A stretch of DNA of 55,413 nt from a virus (Duplodnaviria; Caudoviricetes): IMG/VR virus record IMGVR_UViG_3300034027_000007, positions 1 to 55,413 of that record; one strand, 5' to 3'. Below are positions 53,725 through 55,413 of the stretch, piece after piece. The position numbers were made by a program, and so were the translations under genes. The notes under the pieces are model-generated. The model saw only the letters and a program-made list of their open reading frames with translations, was not told the origin of the DNA and searched no databases. Within the stretch, counting starts at the first letter, position 1. Each line of letters opens with the position of its first letter.

Positions 53725-54375
53725 ATGACTACCAACGAAAACAACATCGAATACACAGTCAAAATTACAGGCGACATTAACCCGAAAGCTTGGGAAAATT
53801 TTTGTGCAAGACAGCAAGGCTCGGAAGCCCCCCAAGCAACCATCGAAGTTTATCCTAGTCTAGAGACGATCGAGGGTTGGGCCACCATCTTAACCGGATA
53901 CTGGAATACACCAGACGTTAAATTTAAGCACCATTACGCTTTAGAACATTTTCAGACTACCGACCAATTACAGCGGTATTACGATCATCTCTGCGAAACT
54001 ATCGAGCATGAAACTCGGCAAGATTGGATCTGTAACAACAAATCTCACCTTGCTATTGCAATTATCCGTATTCTCAAAGAGGAGGCTTATTGCAAAAAAC
54101 AGGAAGAGTTAGAAGCGCTGCAAGTTAAAAAGGCTAATGATTCACAACTTAGTGAAGCCATTAAAACAAACACCGTGATCAAGTGCGAAAAACTTGCGTA
54201 TTGCACAGTACCCGCTTACATGGTATTAAGGCAATTAAAAGGCGGGGATAGTCCAGAATGGGCAACGCATTTTTACAACGCCGATCAAGACTCTTTCGAG
54301 TTTGGTTACTATACCCGCGATTTTAAAAAGGCTCTAAACAATTTTGATGCGCGTGTAAAGGAATATGCCGGGTGA
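53725..54375 (+). CDS. Hypothetical protein sharing a domain with 64..1500
   Basis: YPSLETIEGWA..HYALEHFQTTDQLQRYYDHL; conserved promoter/leader upstream. Confidence 0.75.
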   Translation: MTTNENNIEYTVKITGDINPKAWENFCARQQGSEAPQATIEVYPSLETIEGWATILTGYWNTPDVKFKHHYALEHFQTTDQLQRYYDHLCETIEHETRQDWICNNKSHLAIAIIRILKEEAYCKKQEELEALQVKKANDSQLSEAIKTNTVIKCEKLAYCTVPAYMVLRQLKGGDSPEWATHFYNADQDSFEFGYYTRDFKKALNNFDARVKEYAG

Positions 54376-54554
54376 TGGATTCAAGTATTAACCCAGCACC
54401 CGAGCAGCCATCTGCCAACGAGCTAGACCACTGGGAGCGCACCGGAGTTGATATGTATGATGTTTACCCAAATTTTCGGGATCTGCCTGTCGCTGAACTT
54501 GATGCCATATACGACGGATTAGTGGAGGGAACAGCCTATGAGGGTTTAATCTAA
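54372..54554 (+). CDS. Small acidic hypothetical protein
   Basis: GTGA overlap with the previous gene; terminator downstream. Confidence 0.55.
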   Translation: MMDSSINPAPEQPSANELDHWERTGVDMYDVYPNFRDLPVAELDAIYDGLVEGTAYEGLI

Positions 54555-54594
54555 GGAATCTACCACAAAACAATCTAACAACGCTCACAAGCTA

Positions 54595-54625
54595 AAATAA
54601 ACACTTCTAACGGGGTGTTTATTTA
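54595..54625. terminator. Intrinsic terminator
   Basis: AAATAAACACTTC-loop-GGGGTGTTTATTT. Confidence 0.65.
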
Positions 54626-54691
54626 TTTATGCCTGTTATCCCAAAATATGTATGATATATATTAAACAATCAGTTTACCAAAGGATAAATT

Positions 54692-55336
54692 ATGGTCAGT
54701 ACAGCACAATCAAAGGAAAAAAGTTTTGCCGAAAGAATTGTTGCCTATATGGAAACACAAAAGTATAAAATTTTTCGGGACAAAGGAGAGAAAAACATAG
54801 TTTATGTTGAGGGTGCAGACACTAACGGACGGACAAACGACGATAGACCCAACTATTTTAACGATCTTAGGCTTATTATTGCGTTTGACCAAGCATTTAG
54901 ACCAGTGATTGAGGGCATTTATATTGCTAGCACAGAGCCGGGATTTTACTATACTGATAACCCTATGAACCCCGCAGGGGCTGCTCGGATCAAGTTTGGA
55001 CAATACACGGCTTGGCAAGTCGGTTTACATGGCCACTCAAGCCCCCATGAGGCTTTAGTTCAGGTTGAGGAAGTCGCCGTGCATAGGGACTATAACCGCG
55101 ACATGATGCGGACAGGCGATGCGATTGATTGGGGTTTGTTTGGTATAAACCAACACTGGGCATATAACTATCCGATTGAGGATATTAGCGACGCCGGGGC
55201 GGGTTGCCTGATTGGTCGGCTCTGGGAAGAGCATCTTGATTTTATGCGGCGAGTCAAGAGCGATCGGCGTTACATAGCAAATCGGAATTTTGTTTTCCCC
55301 ACAACAATCATTGATCGGACTAAGTTACCAGAATAG
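54692..55336 (+). CDS. Putative endolysin (cyanobacterial peptidoglycan-active domain, His/Cys motif)
   Basis: NIVYVEG, FNDLR, TEPG, GAARI, ALVQ, FGINQH..GAGCLIGR; I recall this domain being linked to peptidoglycan-binding repeats in cyanobacteria; lysin role inferred. Confidence 0.6.
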   Translation: MVSTAQSKEKSFAERIVAYMETQKYKIFRDKGEKNIVYVEGADTNGRTNDDRPNYFNDLRLIIAFDQAFRPVIEGIYIASTEPGFYYTDNPMNPAGAARIKFGQYTAWQVGLHGHSSPHEALVQVEEVAVHRDYNRDMMRTGDAIDWGLFGINQHWAYNYPIEDISDAGAGCLIGRLWEEHLDFMRRVKSDRRYIANRNFVFPTTIIDRTKLPE

Positions 55337-55376
55337 TTTGCAGACTAAAATCTAAACAACCTCACCTATCATGCCT

Positions 55377-55413
55377 GCGCCCCCCTTGCGATATGGGGGG
55401 GTGTTTTTTTGTA
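55377..55413 (-). repeat. Right terminal inverted repeat (candidate hairpin telomere half-site)
   Basis: GCGCCCCCCTTGCGATATGGGGGGGTGTTTTTTTGTA, reverse complement of 1-37 with 2 mismatches. Confidence 0.9.

Larger units (their letters stand above)
1..55413. mobile_element. Linear phage-plasmid (protelomerase-encoding, contractile-tailed prophage) of a cyanobacterium, apparently complete
   Basis: Terminal inverted repeats, protelomerase domain, CyRepA1-like Rep, capsid/portal/terminase/sheath/tube/tape-measure genes, HIP1 enrichment, no recognisable host housekeeping genes. Confidence 0.9.

Noticed and set aside
1-55413. tRNA, rRNA, reverse transcriptase/DGR, parA/parB, CI repressor
   Set aside because: No recognisable motifs by eye; absence is provisional until tRNAscan and HMM searches are run

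Overview
The window looks like the complete ~55.4 kb genome of a linear phage-plasmid (N15-like prophage form) from a cyanobacterium. Seen in the sequence: (i) the first 37 nt are the reverse complement of the last 37 nt (2 mismatches), as expected for the two halves of a hairpin telomere; (ii) a 1357-aa protein carries a protelomerase domain (R-K-R-H-Y) fused to four N-terminal SH3/KOW-like repeats, an ASCH domain and an NPPY DNA methyltransferase; (iii) a CyRepA1-type primase-helicase Rep; (iv) P2/Mu-like contractile-tail morphogenesis genes in a scrambled, two-strand order; (v) many HIP1 (GCGATCGC) octamers. I recognised no integrase, ParA/ParB or CI-type repressor. Leading candidates for new biology: the protelomerase-ASCH-methyltransferase fusion; a terminase whose nuclease acidic residues look substituted (possible cut-free packaging of hairpin-ended genomes); and an operon ending in a membrane-anchored FtsK/TraB-like ATPase interleaved with 11-bp tandem repeats containing GACCCGGA (possible segregation or cell-to-cell DNA transfer system). 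All family calls come from motif recognition by eye, with no database searches.
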